Assembly: GCA_963841395.1 (NCBI GenBank)
Contig: CAWJCX010000043.1
Span: forward strand, 228,171-292,170
Length of the DNA: 64,000 bases
Direction of reading: 5' to 3'
DNA from: an uncultured Actinomycetota bacterium
GTDB taxonomy: Bacteria; Actinomycetota; Actinomycetes; Mycobacteriales; Pseudonocardiaceae
This document shows, piece after piece, positions 13,819 through 22,674 of the stretch (position 1 is its first letter; each line of letters starts with the position of its first letter). Below the pieces are notes generated by a model. It made no database searches and was not told where the DNA came from. It saw nothing but the letters and a program-made list of their open reading frames with translations. A program made the translations under genes and the position numbers.

Positions 13819-14832
13819 ATGACTCAGACGGATGTGCGGCTCGGCACGGTCGAGCTGTCCGACCTGGTCCGTTCCTGTGCGACCGAACCGTCGCCCGCGA
13901 CGGTCGAGGAGCTCGGCCGTCGCGCCGACGAGGTCAGTGCCCGCGCGTTCCGGGACGGCGACCCGGCCGCCGAGCTGGAGGCGCAGCGCTTCCTCTACGA
14001 GGTCTACGCGCACCGGATCCTGCCGCCCTGGTCCCCGCAGTGGCGCGACTACACCGCCCCGGAGATCGTGGACGCGCACCGGCGGGTCGCCGACGCGTGG
14101 CTGGCGCGCGACCGCGAGGTGTACGGCGCGGGCCTCGAGGTGCCGACCACCCCCGAGGGCTTCGGCACCTGGGCGACTGTGGTGTGCGAGGAGCACGCGT
14201 CCGGCGTGACCCACCCGCTGTTCGACTTCCTCGCCGAGAAGGCCACTTTCTCCCAGCTGCGCGACTTCCAGGCTCAGGAGACGCCGTTCGACATCCACTT
14301 CGGCGACCTGGTCGCGCTGCTGCTGCCGGGCATCCACGGCGGCCAGAAGATCGAGCTGGCCGGCAACTTCTGGGACGAGATGGGCAACGGGAAGCTCGCC
14401 GGCACGCACCGGCAGCTGCGCCTGGACATGATGAACCGCATCGGCGTGCCCGCCGGCGACTATCTGTCCAACGTGGACTTCTACTGGGTGGAAGAGCTGC
14501 GGATGGCCAACATGTACTTCCAGACCTCGTCGGACCGCAGCCTCGCACCGCAGTCGATCGGCATGCTGCAGGCCACCGAGCTGGTCGTGCCGGGCCGGTT
14601 GGAGCGCCAGATCGAGGGCTGGCGGCGGGTCGGCCTCACCGACGCGGAGATGCGCTACCTGCTGGAGCACGTCGTCGTCGACGTGGAACACGCCGAGGGC
14701 TGGCTGAACCACGTCATCGCGCCGCTCGCGGCCATGCGCCCGGACCTGCTGGGTGAGGTGGGGATCGGCATCCTGCGTCGCCTGGACTGCGCGCTGGCGG
14801 TCTGCGACCGCGCGATGCGCGAGCTCGCCTGA
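13819..14832 (+). CDS. Heme-oxygenase-like diiron (HDO / iron-containing redox) enzyme
   Basis: QE..FD, NFWDEMGNG....H, ATEL and EHVVVDVEH putative iron-ligand pattern; AAGGAG RBS. Confidence 0.85.
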   Translation: MTQTDVRLGTVELSDLVRSCATEPSPATVEELGRRADEVSARAFRDGDPAAELEAQRFLYEVYAHRILPPWSPQWRDYTAPEIVDAHRRVADAWLARDREVYGAGLEVPTTPEGFGTWATVVCEEHASGVTHPLFDFLAEKATFSQLRDFQAQETPFDIHFGDLVALLLPGIHGGQKIELAGNFWDEMGNGKLAGTHRQLRLDMMNRIGVPAGDYLSNVDFYWVEELRMANMYFQTSSDRSLAPQSIGMLQATELVVPGRLERQIEGWRRVGLTDAEMRYLLEHVVVDVEHAEGWLNHVIAPLAAMRPDLLGEVGIGILRRLDCALAVCDRAMRELA

Positions 14833-14836
14833 GCCC

Positions 14837-16354
14837 ATGACCTCGCTCTACGAGTGGTTCGCCGGATCCGCCGAGCGGTACCCGGACGAGCCCGCGCTCG
14901 ACCTCGCGGGGGAGGTGCTGACCTACCGCGAGCTGCGCGACCGCGCGGAGGCGGTGGCCACCACCATCCTCGCGGCGTACGGGTCCGCGCCGCCCCGGGT
15001 GGCGTTGCTGGCCGGGCGCGGCCTGGTCGCCTTCGCCGGCTACCTGGCCGCGTTGCGGCTCGGCGCGACGGTCGTGCCGCTCAACCCGACGCACCCCGTG
15101 CGGCGCAACGAGCTCGTCCTCGGCGCGCTCCCGTGCGACGTGCTGGTCGCCGACACCGCCGACGTCACGGACCTCGGCGGCCTCGCCGCGGCGGCGGGCA
15201 CGGTCGTCCTGCTCGACGCCGGGGCCGTGCGCGATGCCCGGCCCGGCCCGCTGCCCTCGCTCGCGGCGACCGCGGACGACGTGGCGTACGTGCTGTTCAC
15301 GTCCGGGTCGACCGGCCGGCCGAAGGGCGTGCCGATCACCCACGGGAACCTGGCGCCGTACCTGGCGCACAACGTCGAGCGGTTCGGGATCGGTCCGGGC
15401 GCCCGGGTGTCGCACACGTTCGACCTGACCTTCGACCCGTCGGTGTTCGACCTGTTCGTCACGTGGGGCGGCGGGGCCACGCTGGTGTCACCGAGCAGGA
15501 CGGACCTGCTGAACCCGGTCGACTTCCTGGTGGACCGGGCCGTCACGCACTGGTTCTCGGTGCCGTCGGTGGTGTCGGTGAGCGCGAACCTCGGCAACCT
15601 GCCGGCCGGGCGGGCGACCGGGCTGCGGCAGAGCATCTTCATCGGCGAGCAGCTGACGTACGCCCAGGCGGCGGCGTGGCGGGCGGTCGCCCCCGACACC
15701 CGCATCGACAACGTGTACGGCCCGACCGAGCTGACCGTCGCGTGCACGGAGTACCGCCTGCCCGCCGACCCGGACGAATGGCCCGCGACGTCGAACGACA
15801 CCGTCCCGATCGGCCCGGTGTACGACCACCTGGAGCACGTGATCGTCGACGAGGACGGCGTGCCGGCCGAGGAGGGTGAGCTGTGCGTGCGCGGCTCGCA
15901 GCGGTTCGGCGGCTACGTGAACCCCGACGACGACCAGGCCCGCTTCCTGGCCCGCCGCGACGACCGGTACGTGGTGACGGACGACCCGGGCGCGGAGTCG
16001 TACTACCGCACCGGCGACCGCGTGCGCCGGGAGGACGGCCGGCTTCTGCACCTGTCGCGCCTGGACGACCAGCTGAAGATCTGGGGCTACCGGGTGGAGC
16101 TGGGTGAGGTGGAGGCCGCGATCGCCCGCCACCCGTCGGTCACCCAGGCGGTGGTGATCGCCGAGCGGCTCGCCGACGGCCCGGAGCTGGTGGCGTTCTA
16201 CACCGGTACGCCGGTCGCGGATCGTCAGCTGGTCGCCTGGCTGCGGGACTACCTGCCCATTCACATGGTTCCGCGGCGGCTGAACCACCGCGCCACCCTC
16301 CCGCTGAACGTCAACGGCAAGATAGACCGCCAGGCACTACGCGCGGTGAGGTAG
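14837..16354 (+). CDS. Stand-alone amino acid adenylation domain (DltA-like)
   Basis: FTSGSTGRPKG, FDPSVFD, NVYGPTE, YRTGD, RVELGEVE, NGKIDR; no fused PCP. Confidence 0.9.
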   Translation: MTSLYEWFAGSAERYPDEPALDLAGEVLTYRELRDRAEAVATTILAAYGSAPPRVALLAGRGLVAFAGYLAALRLGATVVPLNPTHPVRRNELVLGALPCDVLVADTADVTDLGGLAAAAGTVVLLDAGAVRDARPGPLPSLAATADDVAYVLFTSGSTGRPKGVPITHGNLAPYLAHNVERFGIGPGARVSHTFDLTFDPSVFDLFVTWGGGATLVSPSRTDLLNPVDFLVDRAVTHWFSVPSVVSVSANLGNLPAGRATGLRQSIFIGEQLTYAQAAAWRAVAPDTRIDNVYGPTELTVACTEYRLPADPDEWPATSNDTVPIGPVYDHLEHVIVDEDGVPAEEGELCVRGSQRFGGYVNPDDDQARFLARRDDRYVVTDDPGAESYYRTGDRVRREDGRLLHLSRLDDQLKIWGYRVELGEVEAAIARHPSVTQAVVIAERLADGPELVAFYTGTPVADRQLVAWLRDYLPIHMVPRRLNHRATLPLNVNGKIDRQALRAVR

Positions 16355-16417
16355 CTGCCGCGGATCTTCACCCGCCCGGCGGGAATCGTCATGGCGCGCG
16401 GTGTGTTGGCCATGAAC

Positions 16418-16849
16418 ATGCCAGACGAGACCATAGAGCTCAGCCCCGCGGGCTGGGTCCACGACCAGACGAAGAAGATCCTCGAGACCGGGACCACCGA
16501 GGGCATCGAGGTCCTCGGGTCGCCGATCGTGCTGCTCACCCTGCGTGGCGCGAAGAGCGGCAAGCTGCGCTACACCCCCGTGATGCGGGTGGAGCACGAC
16601 GGCCGGTACGCGGTCGTGGCGTCCAAGGGCGGCTCTCCCACGCATCCCACCTGGTACCACAACATCAAGGCGCACCCGGAGTTCCCGCTGCAGGACGGGA
16701 CCGTGACGAAGGACTACGTCGCCCGCGAAGCCGAAGGCACCGAGCGGGCCGAGTGGTGGGAGCGCGCCGTCGCGGCCTACCCGTCCTACGCCGAGTACCA
16801 GGAGCGGACCGACCGGCAGATCCCGGTTTTCGTCCTCGACCCGAAATGA
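16418..16849 (+). CDS. F420-dependent nitroreductase (Ddn-like deazaflavin oxidoreductase)
   Basis: [22 protein letters not shown]...[24 protein letters not shown]; start could also be 16391 or 16412. Confidence 0.9.
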   Translation: MPDETIELSPAGWVHDQTKKILETGTTEGIEVLGSPIVLLTLRGAKSGKLRYTPVMRVEHDGRYAVVASKGGSPTHPTWYHNIKAHPEFPLQDGTVTKDYVAREAEGTERAEWWERAVAAYPSYAEYQERTDRQIPVFVLDPK

Positions 16850-16889
16850 GCGTGGCCGTTTCGGCGGCGCGTCAATACACTCGCTAGGC

Positions 16890-17381
16890 GTGCAGAGTGA
16901 TCGGGTCGAAACGACGGAACGCATGCGATACGGGCCTCGGCCGCGGCGGGTCACCGCGGGTGCGACGGCATCGTGGGGGATCGGGATCTTTGTCGCCACG
17001 GTGTTGGTCCGCGGCATGATCAACGACTCGATCGCCGTCCCGGTATGTGCTGCGGGGCTTGTGCTGTTGGTGCTGTGGGCCGTGCTGTGGTGGCGGCACC
17101 GGCGGCGCGGCGTGTATGTCGACGACAGCCGGGTCTGGGTGAAGCGCGTGCTGCGCACGGACTCGGTCCCACTCACCGCGGTGACCGTTGTCGACTCGAT
17201 GCCGGCGAAGCCCGCCGGCGTCCGACGGCTGGTCTTCCACCTCGAGGACGGCCGGCACATCGCCACACCACTGCGCGGCTACAGCCACAAACGCGACGAC
17301 CCGTACGGGCCCTACGACGTGGCGTCCTCGGTCGAGTTCACCCGCGCGCTGAACGACCTGCAGCAGCGGGTCACGCGGTAG
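16890..17381 (+). CDS. Hypothetical membrane protein (two TM helices, possible bacterial PH-like domain)
   Basis: Two hydrophobic segments followed by RGVYVDD..VWV. Confidence 0.55.
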   Translation: MQSDRVETTERMRYGPRPRRVTAGATASWGIGIFVATVLVRGMINDSIAVPVCAAGLVLLVLWAVLWWRHRRRGVYVDDSRVWVKRVLRTDSVPLTAVTVVDSMPAKPAGVRRLVFHLEDGRHIATPLRGYSHKRDDPYGPYDVASSVEFTRALNDLQQRVTR

Positions 17382-17781
17382 GCCGGCCGAAGAAGAGTAC
17401 GTAGCCGTCGTTGTCGGTGAGCTCGAAGCCGCGCAGGCCGTCGTGGGTGTCGGTGAGTGGCGTGCTGAAGGTGACGCCCCGGCCGTGGAACTCGGCCGCC
17501 AGCGCGTCGGGGTCGGGCACGTGGACGTAGGCGTCCCAGCGGGCGTCGGGGTGGCGGGACGCGTTCGGTAGGGCGGCGACGTCCTCGGCGACGACCTTGA
17601 GCATCAACTGCACGCCGTCCCGGGCGATGATCGCGAAGAACGGGTCCGCTTCCGGCGCCTGGTGAGTCACCTCGAAGCCGAGGCGGTCGCGGTAGAACGT
17701 CAGTGCCCGCTGGAGGTCACCGACGACGAAGAAGGGCGAGATCGCGCCCAGGGTGGCGCGGACCGGGGTCTCGATGCGCAT
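17371..17781 (-). CDS. VOC / glyoxalase-bleomycin resistance family protein
   Basis: VGDLQRALTFYRDRLGF ... GLRGFELTDNDGYVLFFG; GGAGG RBS. Confidence 0.85.
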   Translation of the reverse strand: MRIETPVRATLGAISPFFVVGDLQRALTFYRDRLGFEVTHQAPEADPFFAIIARDGVQLMLKVVAEDVAALPNASRHPDARWDAYVHVPDPDALAAEFHGRGVTFSTPLTDTHDGLRGFELTDNDGYVLFFGRPTA

Positions 17782-17951
17782 TGCGCCTCCACTCGTCAAA
17801 GGGCCGGTCCAGGGTAGCCGGGAACGGCGAGATCCTGCTGGTTTACCGAATCCCTACCGGTGGTTGGGCGTTCCCGAACCCGGTCTTCCTACGGTTCGGC
17901 AGCAGTGGAGTGGTAGTCGACTCCGCGTCCAGCACACCGAAAGGGCACACC

Positions 17952-18077
17952 ATGCCGGACATCGAGGACAGGGACCCCAAGGAAAGCCCGGAAGAGGTCG
18001 AGGTCGTCGCGCACACCGACGAAGAGGACGAAGAGCTGAACGCCGGCTGCACGTTCAACTCGTCGGCGCAACTGTAA
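17952..18077 (+). CDS. Putative RiPP precursor peptide (41 aa)
   Basis: MPDIEDRDPKESPEEVEVVAHTDEEDEELNAGCTFNSSAQL; GAAAGGG RBS; GC-rich third positions; directly upstream of the radical SAM gene. Confidence 0.8.
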   Translation: MPDIEDRDPKESPEEVEVVAHTDEEDEELNAGCTFNSSAQL

Positions 18078-18209
18078 GGACGGGTGACCCGGGCATCCGG
18101 CCTTCCTGACGGAGTTCTCCTAGGTCGCCGGGAAAGCCGGATGGCCTGGCCCGGCATTCGTCGTTCACCACCGTTGTCATCGGGGATCTGGAACCCTGCG
18201 GAGGTTTGC

Positions 18210-19397
18210 GTGACTCTGGAACACATCGGACAGCGCAGCGGGGCACGGGTCCTCGCCGGAAAGAACAACTACTGGTTCCTCGGCCCCGGCGGCATCGCCC
18301 GGCTCAAGTCCTCGCAGGTGACCCCGGAGGGGGCACTGCTCCCGCGCGCGGACCAGAAGCTGCGCGAATCCGGGCTCTACGACCCGCCGCCGGGTCACCT
18401 GTACTCGTTGACCGTGCTGACCAGTACCGACTGCAACCTGGGGTGCGGGTACTGCTTCCAGAACATCGGGGCGGACACGACAGGCGGCAACCGCCCGCCG
18501 CGGATCAAGCACGCGCGGCTCACCTCCGAGGACATCACCACGATCCTCGACTTCGCCGGCCGCCAGATGGCCGCGGTCGACCTGGACAAGCTCAGCATCC
18601 TGCTGTTCGGCGGCGAGCCGTTGCTCAACCCCCGCGGCGCCATCGAACTGCTCACCCGCGCGGCCGACTACGGGCTGGCGTCGGCGTGGATGATCTCCAA
18701 CACCACCCTGCTCACCCCGGAGCTGGCCAAGAACCTGTGGGACGCCAGGCTTCGCTACATCCAGGTCACCTTCGACGGCGACAAGCCCGAGCACGACCAG
18801 ATCCGGGTCCGGCGCTCCAACGGCGGGACCTTCGACACGATCGTGCGCAACATGGTCCGCGCCTCCGACGCCTCCCCGATGTCCTGGGCGCTGCGGGTCA
18901 ACGTCTCCCACCGCAACCACCGGGGGATCGACAATCTGCTCGACCGGCTCGCGGGCGCGCTGGACACCTCGCGCTGCACCATCTCCTTCGACCAGATCAG
19001 GGACATGGGCGTCGGCTACGCCAACGACCTCGAGCACACCCGCAACCTGTCGGCCTCCTTCGCGCACTGGCAGCAGCAGGCGCTCGAGCTCGGCTTCCGC
19101 GTGCCCCGGCCGGCCGCCAGCACCCCGTGCCGCACCTGCGGCCACGGCGACGGCCGCTACGGCGCGGTCGTGAACGCCGACGGCACCCTGTCCAGTTGCT
19201 GGGAGACCGCCGGGAGACCCGGCTGGGAGGTCGGCACGGCCGCCACCGGCTACCTGTCTCCCGAGGTCACTCGCGACCGCTGGATCTCCTGCGGGGACAT
19301 GTACGACCCCGCACCGGACGACGTGGAGGTGGCGGCGTTCCACGACGCCGTGGACGCCGCGCTGCTGGACTACCTCGCCGATACCGGACGTCTGTAG
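18210..19397 (+). CDS. Radical SAM protein with SPASM/twitch-like C-terminus
   Basis: CNLGCGYC, LFGGEPLL, C-terminal CRTC..NADGTLSSCWE..WISC; GGAGG before GTG 18210. Confidence 0.92.
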   Translation: MTLEHIGQRSGARVLAGKNNYWFLGPGGIARLKSSQVTPEGALLPRADQKLRESGLYDPPPGHLYSLTVLTSTDCNLGCGYCFQNIGADTTGGNRPPRIKHARLTSEDITTILDFAGRQMAAVDLDKLSILLFGGEPLLNPRGAIELLTRAADYGLASAWMISNTTLLTPELAKNLWDARLRYIQVTFDGDKPEHDQIRVRRSNGGTFDTIVRNMVRASDASPMSWALRVNVSHRNHRGIDNLLDRLAGALDTSRCTISFDQIRDMGVGYANDLEHTRNLSASFAHWQQQALELGFRVPRPAASTPCRTCGHGDGRYGAVVNADGTLSSCWETAGRPGWEVGTAATGYLSPEVTRDRWISCGDMYDPAPDDVEVAAFHDAVDAALLDYLADTGRL

Positions 19398-19399
19398 CC

Positions 19400-21490
19400 G
19401 TGCCACCGCGCCAGTACCCGGCGGCCGACCGCGAGGATCCCGGCGACGATCCGGTGGCCGATCCGTACCGCTGGCTCGAGGACGCCACCACACCCCGGAC
19501 GCTGCGCTGGACCGCCGAGCAGGACGCCCTCTTCCAGGCGGAGCGGGCGTCCTGGCCGGACGCCGACCGGTGGCACGCCCAGCTCGCCGCGCTGAGCGGG
19601 CTGGACCGCACCGGGACGCCGAAGGTCCGCGGCGAGCTGGTCTTCGGCCTGCGGCAGCGAGCCGGGCACGAGCAGCCGGTGCTGGTGGTGCGCGACGGGG
19701 CGGCCGAGCGGGTCCTGCTCGATCCGCGCGCCCTGGACCCGCTCGGGCGCACCACGCTGGAGGCCTGGCAGCCCTCGGTCGCCGGTGACCGGGTGGCCTT
19801 CCAGGTCTCCCGGGACGGCACCGAGGACTCGCTGCTGTACGTGCTCGACGTGGCCACCGGGCAGGTCGTCGACGGGCCGGTCGACCGGATCCGGGGCCGG
19901 ACGGTCGGCTGGCTGCCCGACGGCGAGTCGCTCTTCTACATCCGGTGCCTGCCGCCCGGCCCGGACGGCGGCGGGTCGCGCTACCACCGCCGGGTCTGGC
20001 TGCACAAGATCGGCTCCGCTCCGGACACCGACATCCTGGTGTTCGGCGAGGACCGGCCGAAGGCCCAGTTCTACAGCGTGGCCGTGACCGCGGACGGGCG
20101 CTGGCTGACCGTCACGGCCACCGAGGGCACCGCCCCGGGCACCGACGTCTACCTGGCCGACCTGACCGCGGGCGCACCGGAGCGGCCCGTCCTGCGCCCG
20201 GTCCAGGAAGCCGCGACCTTCCGCACCCGCGCGCACCTCGCGGCCGGCACCGGCCCGGCCGACGTGATGTGGCTGCGCACCGACCGCGACGCCCCGTACG
20301 GCCACGTCGTCGCCTGCACGCCGGCGAACCCCGGCGTGGACACCTGGCGGCCGGTGGTCGCCGAGCGCCCGGGCGTGGTGCTCACCGACTTCGCCGTGCT
20401 CACCGGACCCGGGCTCGCCCGGCCGCTCGGGCTGGCGTCCTGGCTGCGGCACTCGGTCTCCGAGATCACCGTGCACGACCTCACCGACGGCCGCCGCGTC
20501 ACCACGGTGCCGCTGCCCGGGGCGGGCACGGTGGGCGACCTCTCGGTGCGGCCCGAGGGCGGGCACGAGGCCTGGTTCGCCTACACCGACTTCGCCACCC
20601 CGCCGCAGGTCATGCACTTCGACGCCCGCACCGGGCTGACCAGCGTGCTGGCGCGGGCCGGCGACCGCCCCGGGGGCTACGGACTCACCGCCCACCAGGA
20701 GACGTTCATCTCCCGGGACGGCACCGCGGTGCGGATGTTCGTCGTCTCCGCCGCGGGCGTCCCGGACCGCCCGCGGCCGACGATCCTCTACGGCTACGGC
20801 GGTTTCGGCACCCCGGTCTCCGCGAAGTTCTCCGCCGAGGCCGTCGCCTGGGTGCGCGCCGGCGGGGTCTTCGCCGCCGCGTGCGTGCGCGGGGGTGGCG
20901 ACGAGGGGGAGCGGTGGCACGCCGCCGGGCGGGGCGAGCACAAGCAGAACAGCATCGACGACTTCGTCGCGGCCGCCGAGCACCTGGTCGCGACCAGGTG
21001 GACCGAGCCCGGCCGGCTCGGGATCATGAGCATCTCCAACGGCGGGCTGCTGGTCGGCGCCGCGCTCACCCAGCGCCCGGACCTCTACGCCGCGGCCGTG
21101 AGCATGTCCCCGCTGCTGGACATGCTCCGCTTCGAGCTGTCCGGGCTGGGCCCGAGCTGGGTGCCCGAGTACGGCAGCGCCGCGGACCCCGGCCAGCGAC
21201 GCACCCTGCTGTCCTACTCGCCCTACCATTGCGTGCGCCCGGGCACGGCGTACCCGGCGGTGCTGCTCACCGCCGCGGACGGCGACACGCGCGTCGATCC
21301 CTTGCACGCCCGCAAGATGTGCGCCGCCCTGCAGCACGCCACCGCCGGGGCGGGGCCGGTGCTGTTCTGGCTGGAACGCGGGGTCGGCCACGGCAACCGG
21401 GGCGCCTCGCGTCGGGTGGACCTCTATGCGACGGCCCTGGCCTTCCTCGGCGACCAGCTCGGCCTGCCCGCGCGCGAGGACGGGCCGTGA
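19400..21490 (+). CDS. Prolyl oligopeptidase (S9A) family protein
   Basis: DPYRWLED, LYGYGGF, VRGGGDEG..WH, SNGGLL, DTRVDP, GHG. Confidence 0.92.
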   Translation: MPPRQYPAADREDPGDDPVADPYRWLEDATTPRTLRWTAEQDALFQAERASWPDADRWHAQLAALSGLDRTGTPKVRGELVFGLRQRAGHEQPVLVVRDGAAERVLLDPRALDPLGRTTLEAWQPSVAGDRVAFQVSRDGTEDSLLYVLDVATGQVVDGPVDRIRGRTVGWLPDGESLFYIRCLPPGPDGGGSRYHRRVWLHKIGSAPDTDILVFGEDRPKAQFYSVAVTADGRWLTVTATEGTAPGTDVYLADLTAGAPERPVLRPVQEAATFRTRAHLAAGTGPADVMWLRTDRDAPYGHVVACTPANPGVDTWRPVVAERPGVVLTDFAVLTGPGLARPLGLASWLRHSVSEITVHDLTDGRRVTTVPLPGAGTVGDLSVRPEGGHEAWFAYTDFATPPQVMHFDARTGLTSVLARAGDRPGGYGLTAHQETFISRDGTAVRMFVVSAAGVPDRPRPTILYGYGGFGTPVSAKFSAEAVAWVRAGGVFAAACVRGGGDEGERWHAAGRGEHKQNSIDDFVAAAEHLVATRWTEPGRLGIMSISNGGLLVGAALTQRPDLYAAAVSMSPLLDMLRFELSGLGPSWVPEYGSAADPGQRRTLLSYSPYHCVRPGTAYPAVLLTAADGDTRVDPLHARKMCAALQHATAGAGPVLFWLERGVGHGNRGASRRVDLYATALAFLGDQLGLPAREDGP

Positions 21491-22674
21491 ACGTCCTGCT
21501 GTGCCCGCTCAGCGACGGCGGGTACCTCTACCCGGCGATCGCGGCCGGACGCGAGCTGGCCCGCCGCGGTCACGCGGTCAGCGCCGTCGGCCGGGCTCGG
21601 GCCGCCACCGTGCTCGCCGAGGCCGGCCTGCCGTTCGCGGCGCTGGCGGACTTCGGCGAACGGGCGGGGTTCTCGGCGGCGCGCTGGGCCCTCACCGGCA
21701 TGGAGCAGTACCGGGTCGTCCTGCGCGCGGCCACCCAGGCGCGGGCCGACCTGATCGTCACCTCGGTGCTCTGCCCCGGCGCCCTGGTCGCCGCCGAGGT
21801 GCTGGACCTCCCGGTCGTCGTGGTCGGCTTCGCGGCCCACCTGTGGGACTACCGGGCGGGCGGGGACGGCGACGTCCTGCGCGAGGCCCGGCGCAGGCGG
21901 ACCCTCGACACCGCCGGGCACCACGCCGCCCTGCGGGAGCGGGTCGGCCTGGCGCCGCGGCGGCACGCGGACCCGCAGAGCCCGCTGCTGGGTGCCGCGC
22001 TGCTGCTGCGCGGCGCGCCCGCCCTCGAGCACCCGGGCGCGACGCTGCCCGCCCGGGTACGGCACGTGGGGCCGTTGAGCTGGGAGCCGGCGGCCGACCC
22101 CGGCGAGCTCGACGAGGTCCGGGATGTCCTGGACCGCAACGGCAAACCGGTCGTCTACGTCCACCTGGGACGGTTCTTCGAGGGCACCAACCAGTGGCCG
22201 ATGCTGAACGCGGCCTTCACCGGCGGCTCGTTCCAGGCCGTCGTCGAGCGGGGCCGGTCGCGGGATCCGCGGCCCGCCCCGGGCGCGGACGTCGTGCTCG
22301 TGCACAAGCCGTGGATGGGCCCGCTGCTCGACCGCGCGGGTCTGGTGCTGACCAGTGGCACGTCGGCACCCGTGCTGGCCGCGCTGGTCCGCGGCCGCCC
22401 GCTCGGGGTGTCGCCCAACGGGGCCGAGCAGCCGCTGCTCGCGGCGGCGTGCGAGCGGGCCGGGGTGGCCGTGCGGGTGCCGCCCGTGGTCACCGGCGAC
22501 CCGGCCGCCCTGCTCCGCTCCGCCTGGCACGACCCCCGCCTGCGGGCGCGCGCCGGCGGCCTCGGTCGCGACCTGGCCACCGCCGGCGGCGCCGGGCGCG
22601 CCGCCGACGTGATCGAGCAGGTGGCGTCCGGTCGGATCGAGACCGCGTCCGCGTTCGGGAAAGGACGACGATGA
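21487..22674 (+). CDS. GT1/MGT-type glycosyltransferase
   Basis: N-terminal PLSDGGYLYP..AGRELARRGH, RHVGPL, KPVVYVHLG, LVLTSGT, PNGAEQ. Confidence 0.85.
   Translation: MNVLLCPLSDGGYLYPAIAAGRELARRGHAVSAVGRARAATVLAEAGLPFAALADFGERAGFSAARWALTGMEQYRVVLRAATQARADLIVTSVLCPGALVAAEVLDLPVVVVGFAAHLWDYRAGGDGDVLREARRRRTLDTAGHHAALRERVGLAPRRHADPQSPLLGAALLLRGAPALEHPGATLPARVRHVGPLSWEPAADPGELDEVRDVLDRNGKPVVYVHLGRFFEGTNQWPMLNAAFTGGSFQAVVERGRSRDPRPAPGADVVLVHKPWMGPLLDRAGLVLTSGTSAPVLAALVRGRPLGVSPNGAEQPLLAAACERAGVAVRVPPVVTGDPAALLRSAWHDPRLRARAGGLGRDLATAGGAGRAADVIEQVASGRIETASAFGKGRR

Noticed and set aside
16418-17781. Nitroreductase, membrane protein and VOC genes as a bridge making one NRPS-RiPP supercluster
   Set aside because: Common filler genes with no coupling to either operon; a link cannot be supported from sequence alone
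18206-19399. 1094-aa ORF suggesting a long N-terminal fusion on the POP
   Set aside because: Shadow frame over the rSAM gene; POP homology starts at GTG 19400
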